Position numbers and translations under genes: made by a program. The notes below the pieces were generated by a model. It saw only the letters and a program-made list of their open reading frames with translations. It was not told the DNA's origin and ran no database searches. From the NCBI GenBank assembly GCA_002352645.1, contig DEIU01000039.1:67656-131655 (forward strand): 64,000 nt of DNA, written 5' to 3'. The stretch comes from Acidimicrobiia bacterium UBA2766 (GTDB lineage Bacteria; Actinomycetota; Acidimicrobiia; UBA2766). Shown in pieces: positions 19,091-28,732 of the stretch (the first letter of the stretch is position 1; each line of letters starts with the position of its first letter).

Positions 19091-19258
19091 GTGTTCTCGT
19101 CAGATTTTTCCGCGCGTTTTCCGGGGCATGCCTCTTTCGGTGCTTTCTTCTTGCCGCTCTCGCGGCTTCTCTTGCTTAGATAGGCGTACGTCCTTGGCAA
19201 CGGGGCGTGCGCTCCTCACTCCCGCTTTCTGCGGGGTTTTGTGTTGCCAGTTTTTCCA
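19091..19258 (+). promoter_or_regulatory. candidate leuA leader-peptide transcription attenuator
   Basis: 30-codon ORF (GTG at 19091) ending ...FLPLSRLLLLR-stop, with four consecutive Leu codons (ctt ctc ttg ctt) at 19166-19177. It is followed by hairpin cccgc-tttct-gcggg (19221-19235) and a U-rich tract gttttgtgttgccagttttt, about 60 nt upstream of the leuA start. Confidence 0.45.
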
Positions 19259-19319
19259 GTCGACCCGAACAACGAATGCCAGCAAGTTTTACGCGTGAGT
19301 TTTTTGAAGGAGATCTCCC

Positions 19320-20882
19320 GTGACCACCAGCACCGAACAGCTGATTGTTTTTGATACCACTTTGCGGGACGGGGAGCAGTCGCCGGGTATTGTGCTTTCT
19401 TTGCCGGAGAAGATTGAAATTGCCGAGCAGTTGAGTCAACTGGGCGTAGATGTGATTGAGGCCGGATTTCCCATTGCAAGTCATGGGGATTTTGATTCTG
19501 TGACGGCTATTGCCGAGACTGTGAAGGGGTCGGTCATTTGCGGGCTTGCTCGAACAAATTTTGCCGATATTGACCGGGCAGGGGAGGCGCTGCAAAATGC
19601 GGAGCACGCGCGCATCCATGTTTTTATTGCGACTTCTCCCATTCATATGGAGCGCAAACTTCGCATGACTCCCGAACAAGTGCTGGCAGAAGCGGCAGCG
19701 GGAGTAAAGCGGGCGGCAAGTTACACCTCTGATGTGGAATTTTCCCCAGAGGACGGCACCCGCTCCGATCCTGAGTTCATGATAAAAGTGTTGCAGGCTG
19801 CGGTGGATGCTGGGGCAACGACACTCAACATACCGGACACGGTCGGGTATGCCATGCCCTCGGATTTTGCCGGTCTCATCTCTTATGTGGTGGAGAACGT
19901 GAAAGGCCCCGACAATCTCGTGATATCCACCCATTGCCATAACGATCTCGGTATGGCTGTGGCGAACTCTCTGGCGGGAGTGGAGAGTGGTGCTCGTCAG
20001 GTCGAATGTGCCATTAACGGGATTGGCGAAAGAGCCGGGAATGCCGCGCTCGAAGAGATCGTGATGGCAGTGAAAACCCGCCCCGATTTTTTTGGGATTT
20101 CTTGCGGGATCGATACCTCTGGTTTGGCCAGGGTAAGCAAGCTGGTGTCCCGTCTCACCGGGTATCCCGTGCAGTACAACAAGGCAGTGGTGGGCCGGAA
20201 CGCGTTTGCGCACGAGGCGGGCATTCATCAGCACGGAGTTCTTGTGGACAAGCGCACCTACGAGATCATGGACGCAGAGCTTGTAGGGCAGCACACAGAG
20301 ATTGTGCTTGGGAAGCACTCTGGGCGCCATGCCTTTTCTGACGCGCTTGCCCAGCTTGGTTTGCGTTTGCAAGGAGATTCGTTGAACCAGGCTTTCATCA
20401 GGTTCAAAGAACTTGCCGATCGCAAAGGGCAAATCACCGAGGCAGACCTGGAGGCGATTGCCCATGAGGAGCTGCAGTCTGGCCTGGGTACCTGGGAGCT
20501 GGCTGAACTCAACGTGACGTTTGAGATTGGCAAAGCCCCAACTGCTTCTGTATGTGTGCGACGTGAGGAAGAACAGCGTACACAGACTGCCGAGGGCGCG
20601 GGCATGATCGATGCTGTGTGCAACGCGATCCGTTCTGCTCTGGGAGTACAAGCACAGATGATGGACTTTACGGTCTCGTCGGTCACCGGGAAAACGGATG
20701 CCTTGGGTGATGTGATTGTGCAGGTTGATGTAGGCGGAAAACACTATTCAGGCAGGGGTCTGTCCACAGATGTAGTGGAGGCCTCGGCGCGTGCCTTTCT
20801 CGCCGCCTTGAACAAGGCAATATGTAGTGATGACGTGCCCGAGGGTGTGTTCGCGCAAGTCGAAGGAGAGACTGGTCCCTGA
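19320..20882 (+). CDS. leuA: 2-isopropylmalate synthase (short, E. coli/Bacillus-type form)
   Basis: LIVFDTTLRDGEQSPGIVLSLPEKIEIAEQLSQLGVDVIEAGFP, HCHNDLGMAVANSLAGVESGARQVECAINGIGERAGN, C-terminal LeuA dimerisation domain. GTG start with GAAGGAGA RBS. Confidence 0.93.
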   Translation: MTTSTEQLIVFDTTLRDGEQSPGIVLSLPEKIEIAEQLSQLGVDVIEAGFPIASHGDFDSVTAIAETVKGSVICGLARTNFADIDRAGEALQNAEHARIHVFIATSPIHMERKLRMTPEQVLAEAAAGVKRAASYTSDVEFSPEDGTRSDPEFMIKVLQAAVDAGATTLNIPDTVGYAMPSDFAGLISYVVENVKGPDNLVISTHCHNDLGMAVANSLAGVESGARQVECAINGIGERAGNAALEEIVMAVKTRPDFFGISCGIDTSGLARVSKLVSRLTGYPVQYNKAVVGRNAFAHEAGIHQHGVLVDKRTYEIMDAELVGQHTEIVLGKHSGRHAFSDALAQLGLRLQGDSLNQAFIRFKELADRKGQITEADLEAIAHEELQSGLGTWELAELNVTFEIGKAPTASVCVRREEEQRTQTAEGAGMIDAVCNAIRSALGVQAQMMDFTVSSVTGKTDALGDVIVQVDVGGKHYSGRGLSTDVVEASARAFLAALNKAICSDDVPEGVFAQVEGETGP

Positions 20883-21076
20883 GGGGCATCCTGTTTTTGG
20901 AGCAGCTCCAAAAACAGGATCTGCCCCTTTTGCATTCTCGCAGTTTTCGCTGGATGTGCAAGCAGCTTTTGCCTTTTCTGCGTGCAGGCCGCAAAGGGGA
21001 GGACGCGGGGCTTTGCGCCGGCTTGTGGCAGGCCCCGATAGCGTCCCCGCAAAGTCTTTGCAAAGCGAAGCGGGGA

Positions 21077-22267
21077 CTAGTCCATCCAGTTTGGCATGAT
21101 TTCTGTTGCCCATAGCTCGAGGTTTCGCATCATGGCTTCATGCGGAATGGGACCTGCGTATTGCCACATCAAGAAGTATTCAGGGTTGTGCTTTTCCACC
21201 ATTTCTTGCATCATGGCGTTGACTTCATCGGGGTTTCCCACGAACTCCATACCCCGGTCGACAAGAAATTTGTAGTCGCATTCCGCAGGAACGGGTCCGG
21301 TCTCTCCTGCGCGGCGCATGGCCTCGTTGAAACCAATGGGCGCAAACCATTTTGGCCACACGAAACCATTGCCATTGGCCGCGTGATAGTGGGCTTCCGC
21401 GGAATCGCGTAGGACCATACAGTCCCGGAAGATCCCGATATTCTGGCCGTAGTCGTAGGTTCTTCCGGCTTCGGATGCCGCTTCTTGGTAGGTGTGGAAG
21501 AGTTTTGTCAGTGACTCGCTGTCCGTTGTCAGGGCGATGGGAGCAATTCCCTCACGCGCGCAGAAGCGAAAGGTCTCTTCGCTGAAAGAGAAGGGCTGAA
21601 AAATCGGAGGATGTGGCTTTTGGTAGGGCTTGGGAGCAATACCAATCTCTTTAATAATGCCCTCTTCGTTTTGGCCAGTTCCGAATTCCTGCACCGCGTC
21701 ATGGTCAAAAAGCAGGTCTGCGGGGGGAATCGACCAGTGTTCCGACTCATGAGAAAAAGTCGTGGAAGTGAGAGCTTTTTTCAGAATCTCATAGTGTTCT
21801 GTGAAAAGGTCGCGGTTTTTCTGGTCCACCTGCGACTTGTCGGACATGGTGCCGCCAACCCCGTAGCCTTGTCCCAAAACGTCTGCCCAGCGTTTCTGGT
21901 AACCCCGCGCGAGCCCGATGAAGGTACGGCCTTGTAGCATCTGGTCGAGCATTGCGAGGTCTTCTGCGAGCCGGATCGGGTTGTGGAAAGGCAGTACATT
22001 TGCCATTTGTCCAATGCGAATGCGTTTTGTGCCGAGCCCCGCGTAGAGGCCGAGCAGGATCGGGTTATTCGACTCTTCGAACCCTTCAATGTGAAAGTGG
22101 TGCTCTGTAAAAGCGGCACCCCAAAACCCCAGGTCATCGGCAGCGCGTATCTGCTCTTTCAGTTGCCAGAGCATGGTTTGATAGTTCTGTGTACTACAGC
22201 CTGCCATGCCGCGACGTGTTTGGGATACCGTGCCAACTGACGGGAGATAGAACAGGACGAATTTCAT
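21077..22267 (-). CDS. LLM-class (luciferase-like) flavin/F420-dependent oxidoreductase
   Basis: 396 aa, MKFVLFYLPSVG start and LLM fold features. One of three LLM paralogs in the window. Confidence 0.85.
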   Translation of the reverse strand: MKFVLFYLPSVGTVSQTRRGMAGCSTQNYQTMLWQLKEQIRAADDLGFWGAAFTEHHFHIEGFEESNNPILLGLYAGLGTKRIRIGQMANVLPFHNPIRLAEDLAMLDQMLQGRTFIGLARGYQKRWADVLGQGYGVGGTMSDKSQVDQKNRDLFTEHYEILKKALTSTTFSHESEHWSIPPADLLFDHDAVQEFGTGQNEEGIIKEIGIAPKPYQKPHPPIFQPFSFSEETFRFCAREGIAPIALTTDSESLTKLFHTYQEAASEAGRTYDYGQNIGIFRDCMVLRDSAEAHYHAANGNGFVWPKWFAPIGFNEAMRRAGETGPVPAECDYKFLVDRGMEFVGNPDEVNAMMQEMVEKHNPEYFLMWQYAGPIPHEAMMRNLELWATEIMPNWMD

Positions 22268-22440
22268 GTGTTGTCTCTCTTCGCTGGAATGATGTGAACG
22301 CTTGCCGGGGTTTGAGGGGAAATATCTGTAGTCAGATATTTTTCAAGCCTGGGGGAAAAGCGCGCGTGGGAAGGGCAAGGGGAGCGGGATCCCAGGGGGC
22401 GTGACACGAGAAGTGATCGAAATGACATGCTGGGTGCTGT

Positions 22441-23271
22441 TCAGGTGTAGGGGTTGTGGGCGCGCAGGGTTTTTTCGTCTTGCAGCACAGCGCCCTTTTC
22501 ATGACAGATCCTGTGGTCATGGCCGGGGATCACGGTGGCAGTGTGCGCCCGTGCCAGCATTTTGAGTTTGCGCAGCGAACGTTGCCACTGCTGCAAATCG
22601 GCAGAGATGATCGACCCTATTTCGTCGTGATAGCTCTCCTGCAAATAGCAGGCGTCAGAGGTGAGCATGACGGTGCCGCAGTGTTCAAGATGCAGCATGA
22701 GTGCCATGGTGCCTGCCGTGTGGCCTGGAGCTGACACTGCGTGTACGTCTTTTAGGATCTCGGTGTCGCCGGAGAGGGTGGTGAAACGAGCCCCGGGGAT
22801 GTCGTAGTCCGCGCGCAAGAAGAAATCGCCATCTTCTTCCCGGTTTGCTGCCGCCGTGTACTCGTCGTCGTGCACCAGAATTGTGTTGTCCGCGTGAGTG
22901 AAAAGACGGGCGTTTCCTGCGTGGTCCACATGAAGATGACTCAAAAAAACATAGTCGATGTCTTCTGGGCCAAGCCCGTGGGCTTTGAGCTTGTTCTCAA
23001 ATAGCTGTTCTTCGGTGTAGTTGTCGTAGGGGGCGAGCTCTTTGTATTCGGTAAGCCACTCGGTTTCCCAATCCCTGCTGATGGAAGCGTCAAAGAGCAG
23101 GCGTCCATCGGGATGGTCAATCAGATACGTGAAAGAAGGAGTTTCGCACCAGACCTTGTTCTTCTTCATGTTGGAACGAGTTAGTGTGAGATCGGGATGT
23201 CCGGTGAGTAGAAGCTCCTTGTCTACGTGCATATTGCCGTGAAAAAGAGCAGTGAGAGTGATGCCACGCAT
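22441..23271 (-). CDS. MBL-fold metallo-hydrolase, N-acyl-homoserine-lactonase (AiiB/AttM)-like
   Basis: HLHVDHAGN metal-binding motif. The N-terminus aligns by eye to the AiiB-type lactonase start. Co-oriented immediately upstream of the LLM gene. Confidence 0.8.
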   Translation of the reverse strand: MRGITLTALFHGNMHVDKELLLTGHPDLTLTRSNMKKNKVWCETPSFTYLIDHPDGRLLFDASISRDWETEWLTEYKELAPYDNYTEEQLFENKLKAHGLGPEDIDYVFLSHLHVDHAGNARLFTHADNTILVHDDEYTAAANREEDGDFFLRADYDIPGARFTTLSGDTEILKDVHAVSAPGHTAGTMALMLHLEHCGTVMLTSDACYLQESYHDEIGSIISADLQQWQRSLRKLKMLARAHTATVIPGHDHRICHEKGAVLQDEKTLRAHNPYT

Positions 23272-23644
23272 GTGAGATATCTCCTGAAAGTTGGGGCGAA
23301 AAAGTCAGGCCTGAAAAGAAACTGCAGAAAGAAGCTGCAGAGAAAGGTGGCGCAGGGCTGTCGTCATGGGTTGGGTGTAATGGGCTGGTCGTAATGGGCG
23401 CGAGGACAGGGGGCGCGCAAAACGGGAAGAACAAAAGGGTGGGGTGAGGAGATGGGCGTGTGGGAAACACTGTGTTTGGAGATGAGAGAAAAAGCAAGGA
23501 AGCAGGAAAGAGGCGTCTTATGGCGGCACGAGGCAGTTTTCTGCTGCAGTGGCTGAGAGCGGCGCAGGCCCCGAAGGAGAAGATGGCCATTGAACAACAA
23601 AAGAATGGCGCCATTGTCTGACATTACTCTCTTTCTTGTTTTGC

Positions 23645-23718
23645 GGGCGAATGACAGGAGGAAGAAGGAAACAGTGCGGTGGGGCGAATGACAGGAGGAA
23701 GAAGGAAACAGTGCGGTG
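23645..23718. repeat. perfect 37-bp tandem duplication (GGGCGAATGACAGGAGGAAGAAGGAAACAGTGCGGTG x2) in a 750-bp intergenic region
   Basis: Read directly from the sequence. The region between the lactonase-like gene and the SDR gene has no credible ORF. Confidence 0.8.
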
Positions 23719-24023
23719 AGGGAAAACGCGTGAAAAAAGTTTTTCTCGTTTTCTGGTGTTTTGCCGTCAAGATTCTTGGGAGAGGACAAGCTCGCGCTTG
23801 GCACTTTCGCGCCAGAGGAGCGAAAGTTCCAGGGAATCTTTTGGCGAGTTTGGAACGAGATGCCGAAAGAGCTGTGCCGATCCTTTGACGGAATGAGAGA
23901 ACGGCGGAACGCCAAAATGGGTGCAGCGTTGCGCTGAAGGCTGTCAGCGCAATAGTGACTCTGTCAGGATTGCCAGAACTACGCAGCATTTGTGTGGTTG
24001 ACATGTGCGAGAAAAGGAAACAC

Positions 24024-24803
24024 ATGACAGTTAATGGAGGGCTTACGGGACGGGTCGCGTTGGTGACAGGCGGAGGTCGCGGGATTGGGCGGGCAATTTC
24101 GCTTGGTCTTGCTGCAGATGGGGCCGACGTCGCGGTGAATTACGCACGGGACGAAGAGTCTGCATTAAAGACAGTGACCGAGATCGAACAGATAGGACGG
24201 CGGGCTCGCGCGTATCAGGCGTCGGTGGATTCCTGGGAAGAATGTCAACACCTTGTGTCCGAGGTTCTCTCGGACTTTGGGCAAATTGGCATTTTTGTGA
24301 ATAATGCCGGTATCGCCAGTCGGGGGAAAACGGTGGTACACACTGACCCCGAAGAGTTCGAGCGTGTGATGCGTATCCACGCCTTTGCTCCCCACTATCT
24401 TGCAAAACTTATTCTCCCGGACATGCGTGAGCAGGAACGCGGCGATATTGTGGTTATTTCAAGCGTGGCGACCTTGCAGAATGCCGCGGGTGGTGCTCCG
24501 TACAATATGGGCAAGGCCGCCTTGGACGCGCTGGCAATCACGCTCGCAAACGAGGAGAGGAAAAACAATATCCACGTGAATATTGTGGCACCGGGTCTTG
24601 TGGATACGGAGATGGGTCGCCGGCTTGTGAAAGGGGCAGCCGGGGTGGATGACATTACGAAACTGAACCCCATGATGCCGTTTGGGCGAGTGTGTCAGCC
24701 CGAAGACGTGGCGAATGTCGTGCGCTTTTTGGTTTCAGAACGCGCGGGCTATCTCACGGGAGAGCGTTTGAATGTGCACGGGGGCGGCGGCGGCTTCGGC
24801 TGA
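24024..24803 (+). CDS. SDR-family oxidoreductase (FabG-like 3-oxoacyl-ACP reductase family)
   Basis: VTGGGRGIGRAI, NNAG, S...YNMGKAAL catalytic residues. A 7-bp inverted repeat GCGCTGA/TCAGCGC lies about 70 nt upstream (possible operator). Confidence 0.88.
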   Translation: MTVNGGLTGRVALVTGGGRGIGRAISLGLAADGADVAVNYARDEESALKTVTEIEQIGRRARAYQASVDSWEECQHLVSEVLSDFGQIGIFVNNAGIASRGKTVVHTDPEEFERVMRIHAFAPHYLAKLILPDMREQERGDIVVISSVATLQNAAGGAPYNMGKAALDALAITLANEERKNNIHVNIVAPGLVDTEMGRRLVKGAAGVDDITKLNPMMPFGRVCQPEDVANVVRFLVSERAGYLTGERLNVHGGGGGFG

Positions 24804-24868
24804 GTCGGGCAGGTAGAGCAGTCTGTGTAGAGTTTTCTTGGCGAAAAAGCACTACAGTGATAGGTGAA

Positions 24869-25855
24869 ATGGGAAAGCGTAAAGTGAATGATCCCTGCTG
24901 GTGCGGCAGTGGTACAAAATATAAAAAGTGTCATATGTCGCTTGACATGGATATTGAGCGGGAACGTTCTCTCCCTATTGATGAGCGTGTGGCGAAGACA
25001 GTCGTACGTGGTGAAGTCACTCCGATGCGGTCGGTGCCGCATGATATAGACCGGCCTTCTTATGCGGAGACGGGCGTTCCTGCGGACAGTAAGCCGTCGC
25101 TTGTGAAAACTCCGGACGAGATTGAGCGTATGCGCTATGCGGGCAAAGTCGCGCGAGTCGTGCTTGATACTGTAGGGGCTGCGGTGGCTCCCGGTGTCAC
25201 GACCGAAGAGCTCGACAAGCTTGCGCATGAGACATATATCGCGAATGGTGCATACCCCAGTACTCTGAACTATCACGGATTTACCAAGACGATTTGCACA
25301 TCAGTCAATGAAGTGATCGTGCACGGCATTCCCGACAGTAGGCCTTTGCAAGAAGGCGACATTGTGAGCTGTGATATCACGGCTTTTGTCGAAGGAGTGC
25401 ATGGGGATTGTTGTGCGACTTTTCCCGTGGGAGCAATAGACGATCCATCTGCGCGTCTTATTGCCGTGACGTATGAGTGTTTGCGTTTGGGTATTGAGGC
25501 AGTGCGGCCTGCTGCCCGGATGCGAGATATCGGGAAAGCAATCCAGCCGTACGCGGAGAAGTTTGGTTTTGGGGTTGTTCGGCAGTTTGTCGGGCATGGG
25601 ATCGGGACAGTTTTCCACATGGAACCCCAGGTTCCGCACTATTACGACAAGAGCGCGACTCTGGAAATGCTTCCGGGAATAACTTTTACGATAGAGCCCA
25701 TGATCACAATGGGAGATTATCGTTCCAATATTTGGGATGATGATTGGACGGCTGTCACTGTTGACTTGCAGCGCGCTGCCCAGTTTGAGCACACCTGTCT
25801 TGTGACCGAAACCGGAGTTGAGGTGCTCACGAAGGGCGCACACGAGGATTTCTGA
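24869..25855 (+). CDS. map: type I methionine aminopeptidase with an N-terminal SEC-C-like zinc-finger extension
   Basis: N-terminal CWCGSGTKYKKCH, then MetAP core (DIVSCDITAFVEGVHGDCCATF, FVGHGIGTVFHMEPQVPHY, TIEPMITMG). Confidence 0.9.
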   Translation: MGKRKVNDPCWCGSGTKYKKCHMSLDMDIERERSLPIDERVAKTVVRGEVTPMRSVPHDIDRPSYAETGVPADSKPSLVKTPDEIERMRYAGKVARVVLDTVGAAVAPGVTTEELDKLAHETYIANGAYPSTLNYHGFTKTICTSVNEVIVHGIPDSRPLQEGDIVSCDITAFVEGVHGDCCATFPVGAIDDPSARLIAVTYECLRLGIEAVRPAARMRDIGKAIQPYAEKFGFGVVRQFVGHGIGTVFHMEPQVPHYYDKSATLEMLPGITFTIEPMITMGDYRSNIWDDDWTAVTVDLQRAAQFEHTCLVTETGVEVLTKGAHEDF

Positions 25856-26192
25856 GCAGATTTCTCTGGGGGACTGTTTTTTTGTCGTTGGTTGGTTTTG
25901 TTGCGGCGCCCTGGAGAAGTCTAAAAAAGCAGGTTTGTTGGGGGCAGCTCCAAGCGGTTTTTTGTCGTATCCTCAGAGACCTGAGCGCATGGCGCGTCCC
26001 AGAGGGACTGCGGGGGCTGCGGCTTTTTTGTGTGCCGGATGCCGAGTTTTCCCGGATGCGCACACCGGTCTTTGCCTGAAGTCCTTTGGTGATTTTTTCT
26101 CGGTCTTCTAGCCTTTGGAAGCCTCTGATCGTTCTTGGTTGGCGCCCGCTACCGGTTTTCGCGTTGCGCCCCGTTTTTTCAAGGAGTTGCAC

Positions 26193-27221
26193 GTGCGGAT
26201 GGGTTTGATTCCGGGTGACGGGGTGGGGATCGAGGTTATGGCGGAGGTGCGCAAAGTTCTCGAAGCCACGGGGCTTTCTGTCGACCTGACAGAGTACGAT
26301 CTGGGCGGCGCGCGCTATCTGTCGACAGGAGAAGTGTTGCCGGACACAGTTTTTCATGAGCTGTCCCAGTGTGATGCCGTCCTGCTTGGCGCGGTGGGGC
26401 ATCCGGATGTGCCGCCTGGTGTGCTCGAACGGGGGATTTTGCTACGTCTGCGTTTCGAGCTTGATCTTGCGGTGAACTTGCGTCCTGTGAAGTTGTTTCC
26501 CGGTGTGGAGACCGTGTTGGCAGGACAAACGTCGCAGACCATCGATTTTCGCGTGGTACGCGAAAATACGGAGGGGTTGTATGTGGGATCGGGCGGAACG
26601 ATTCGGACCGGTTCTCCTGATGAGATTGCCTTGCAGGAGTCGATAAATACCCGTTTGGGTGTGGAACGCTGTATCCGTTTTGGATTTGAGACGGCCTGTG
26701 CGCATGGGGAGAACCCTGAGCTGATGTTGGTGCACAAGACGAATGTTCTGACGCACGCGGGTGGGCTGTGGCAGCGTGTTTTTGATGAGGTCGCTGCTGA
26801 GTATCCGAATGTGGGCGTGTCGTATGGCCATGTTGACGCGGTGTGTTTGTGGATGGTGGCGGATCCTGGGCGGTTTCACACTATCGTAACGGATAATCTT
26901 TTTGGCGATATCATCACAGACCTTGGTGCCGGTATTGCCGGTGGGCTTGGTTATGCTGCGAGCGGAAATCTGAGTTTGCAGCCGGGTGTTCCCTCGGTTT
27001 TTGAGCCGGTGCATGGTTCAGCCCCAGATATTGCAGGCCAGGGGAAAGCAAATCCGGTTGCTGCGATTTTGTCCCTGTGGATGGCGTTGACGGAACTTGC
27101 AGAGACAGAGGCTGCTGATCGGGTGTTGCGGGCGGTCGAAACAGTCGCTCCTGACACCGTCAAGGTAGGGACTGCTTTGTCGACTTCTGAAGTAGGGGAT
27201 ATGATTGCAGGGGTTATATAA
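26193..27221 (+). CDS. leuB: 3-isopropylmalate dehydrogenase (short, about 340-aa form)
   Basis: GLIPGDGVGIEVM, NLRPVKLFPG, VRENTEGLYVG, DNLFGDIITDLGAGIAGGLG. GTG start with AAGGAG RBS; the track ORF starts upstream at a TTG at 26115. Confidence 0.93.
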   Translation: MRMGLIPGDGVGIEVMAEVRKVLEATGLSVDLTEYDLGGARYLSTGEVLPDTVFHELSQCDAVLLGAVGHPDVPPGVLERGILLRLRFELDLAVNLRPVKLFPGVETVLAGQTSQTIDFRVVRENTEGLYVGSGGTIRTGSPDEIALQESINTRLGVERCIRFGFETACAHGENPELMLVHKTNVLTHAGGLWQRVFDEVAAEYPNVGVSYGHVDAVCLWMVADPGRFHTIVTDNLFGDIITDLGAGIAGGLGYAASGNLSLQPGVPSVFEPVHGSAPDIAGQGKANPVAAILSLWMALTELAETEAADRVLRAVETVAPDTVKVGTALSTSEVGDMIAGVI

Positions 27222-27530
27222 CACTTGGAGTGTAAATATATCTGGCTTGGGTCGTGGCGTGGTGGGCGCAAAAGTAAGGTTGCGAGGGCTCCGTGAAGCC
27301 TGAAGGTGTTTTTTGCAGGAGTGTGCGGGAGAATCTTTTTCTCGGGTCTCTTGCGCGTGTCGCGCGGTCTTTGGGGAGAAAACCTTTTTCTGGAGCGTTT
27401 GTTGTGCATTGCGATGGGCTTTCTCCGAGAAAAGGTAGTCGCAGCGAAAAAGCGCGCGTCTTGTCGAGATTTCTGTGGGCTTTCTGCCAGAGGTAGAGGC
27501 TGCGGCAAAAAATTTGCAAGGGAGATCGTA

Positions 27531-28442
27531 GTGGACACTGTTGACTATATATGGATGAAAGGCGAGTTTGTTCGGTGGGAGGACGCCAAAATTCATGTGC
27601 TCACGCATGGTTTGCACTATGGATATGGAGTGTTTGAGGGTATCCGTGCATATGAAACGACTGATGGACGCTGTGCTGTCTTTCGACTTACCGACCATAT
27701 GCGGCGTTTGGAGCGTTCTGCCAAGATCTATCTCATGCCAATGGCGTATACGGCGGAAGAACTCGCTGAGGCGACGAAAGAGCTTATCCGGCGCAATAAG
27801 ATAACCTCTTGTTATATTCGTCCTATTGTGTACAGTGGTGAAGGGAACATGGGGCTGAATCCTATTGGCATGGACTGTGATACCGCCATCGCCGTGTGGG
27901 GATGGGGCGCGTATCTCGGGGATGAGGGCATCGCAAACGGTGTGCGCGTCAAGATATCTTCCTGGCGCCGTTTCGATCATAATGCGATTCCTCCCGCGGC
28001 AAAGGCCTGCGGGAACTATCTCAACTCGATTATGTCGAAGATGGAGGCAGTGCACTCCGGCTACGAAGAAGCCATCATGCTGAATCCCGAAGGCTATGTC
28101 TGCGATGGCTCCGGCGAGAATGTGTTTGTCATCAATAACGGCGTTATGCGCACGCCCCCATTTTCGAGTGGCCCGCTCGAAGGCATTACCCGGGACACAG
28201 CCGTGACCATCGCGCGCGACCTTGGCATCGAAGTGCGGGAAGAAGATCTTGTGCGGACAGATCTTTACAACTGCGATGAAGCCTTTTTCACTGGGACTGC
28301 TGCAGAAATCGTGCCGATTCGTTCAGTGGACGATCGCGAAATCGGGGACCCGGGTCCTGTGACCTGCAAGATCCAAGAGACTTTCTTTTCTGTGATTAAA
28401 GGCGAAGTCGACGAGTACAGGCAATGGCTTGAGTACGTATAA
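27531..28442 (+). CDS. ilvE: branched-chain amino-acid aminotransferase, short class-IV (E. coli IlvE-like) form
   Basis: DYIWMKGEFVRWEDAKIHVLTHGLHYGYGVFEGIRAY...AAKACGNYLNS...GSGENVFV...GITRD...EAFFTGTAAEI is nearly collinear with E. coli IlvE (from memory). GTG start with AAGGGAG RBS. Confidence 0.92.
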   Translation: MDTVDYIWMKGEFVRWEDAKIHVLTHGLHYGYGVFEGIRAYETTDGRCAVFRLTDHMRRLERSAKIYLMPMAYTAEELAEATKELIRRNKITSCYIRPIVYSGEGNMGLNPIGMDCDTAIAVWGWGAYLGDEGIANGVRVKISSWRRFDHNAIPPAAKACGNYLNSIMSKMEAVHSGYEEAIMLNPEGYVCDGSGENVFVINNGVMRTPPFSSGPLEGITRDTAVTIARDLGIEVREEDLVRTDLYNCDEAFFTGTAAEIVPIRSVDDREIGDPGPVTCKIQETFFSVIKGEVDEYRQWLEYV

Positions 28443-28663
28443 TTCTCGTTTATTTATGTGATTGTTCCTCTTGCGAACTTTTCCTGTTCCTCTTGCGCGT
28501 GACTCGATCGCGCAAAGAAACTTTCTCAGGCTGTTGGCGTGAGAAAAAGAACGCGTTGTTGCCCGGTCATTTTTCCAAAAGGGCTGATGGAGAGGTCGAA
28601 TAAAAGGACAAGAGGAAGAGGGAAAGAGGCTGTCCGAGGACCGTTTTTTCGTTGACTGTGCGT

Positions 28664-28718
28664 AGGTGCCCCCTAGTACGCTAAGTCTCCGGGCACCGCA
28701 GGTGCCTTTCTCGGTCTT
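28664..28718 (+). promoter_or_regulatory. possible attenuator/antiterminator switch in the cimA 5' leader
   Basis: aggtgcc (28664-70), ggcacc (28692-97) and ggtgcc (28701-06) followed by tttctcggtctt allow mutually exclusive 1:2 versus 2:3 hairpins. Direct repeats TTCCTCTTGCG x2 lie upstream at about 28464-28496. Confidence 0.3.
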
Positions 28719-28732
28719 GGCCGGGAAGCGAA

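Noticed and set aside
22441-23271. Shorter start for the MBL lactonase-like gene at the internal MKKNKVW.
   Set aside because: The N-terminal extension aligns by eye with the AiiB-type N-terminus (LxLGxIxVDxxxxI), so I kept the full ORF.
23117-24025. Three overlapping minus-strand ORFs (23117-23614, 23364-23915, 23624-24025) in the lactonase/SDR intergenic region.
   Set aside because: Pro/Ser/Cys-rich junk translations with no RBS. The region is better explained as regulatory DNA containing the 37-bp tandem duplication and an operator-like inverted repeat.
24841-26221. Apparent +1/-1 frame inconsistencies between the printed sequence and the ORF track near line boundaries 24840/24841 and 26160/26161-26220/26221, first suspected to be frameshifts in map and leuB (pseudogenes).
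   Set aside because: The track gives uninterrupted ORFs, and the discrepancies cancel within one printed line. I treated them as a display offset, not real frameshifts. Coordinates follow the track.
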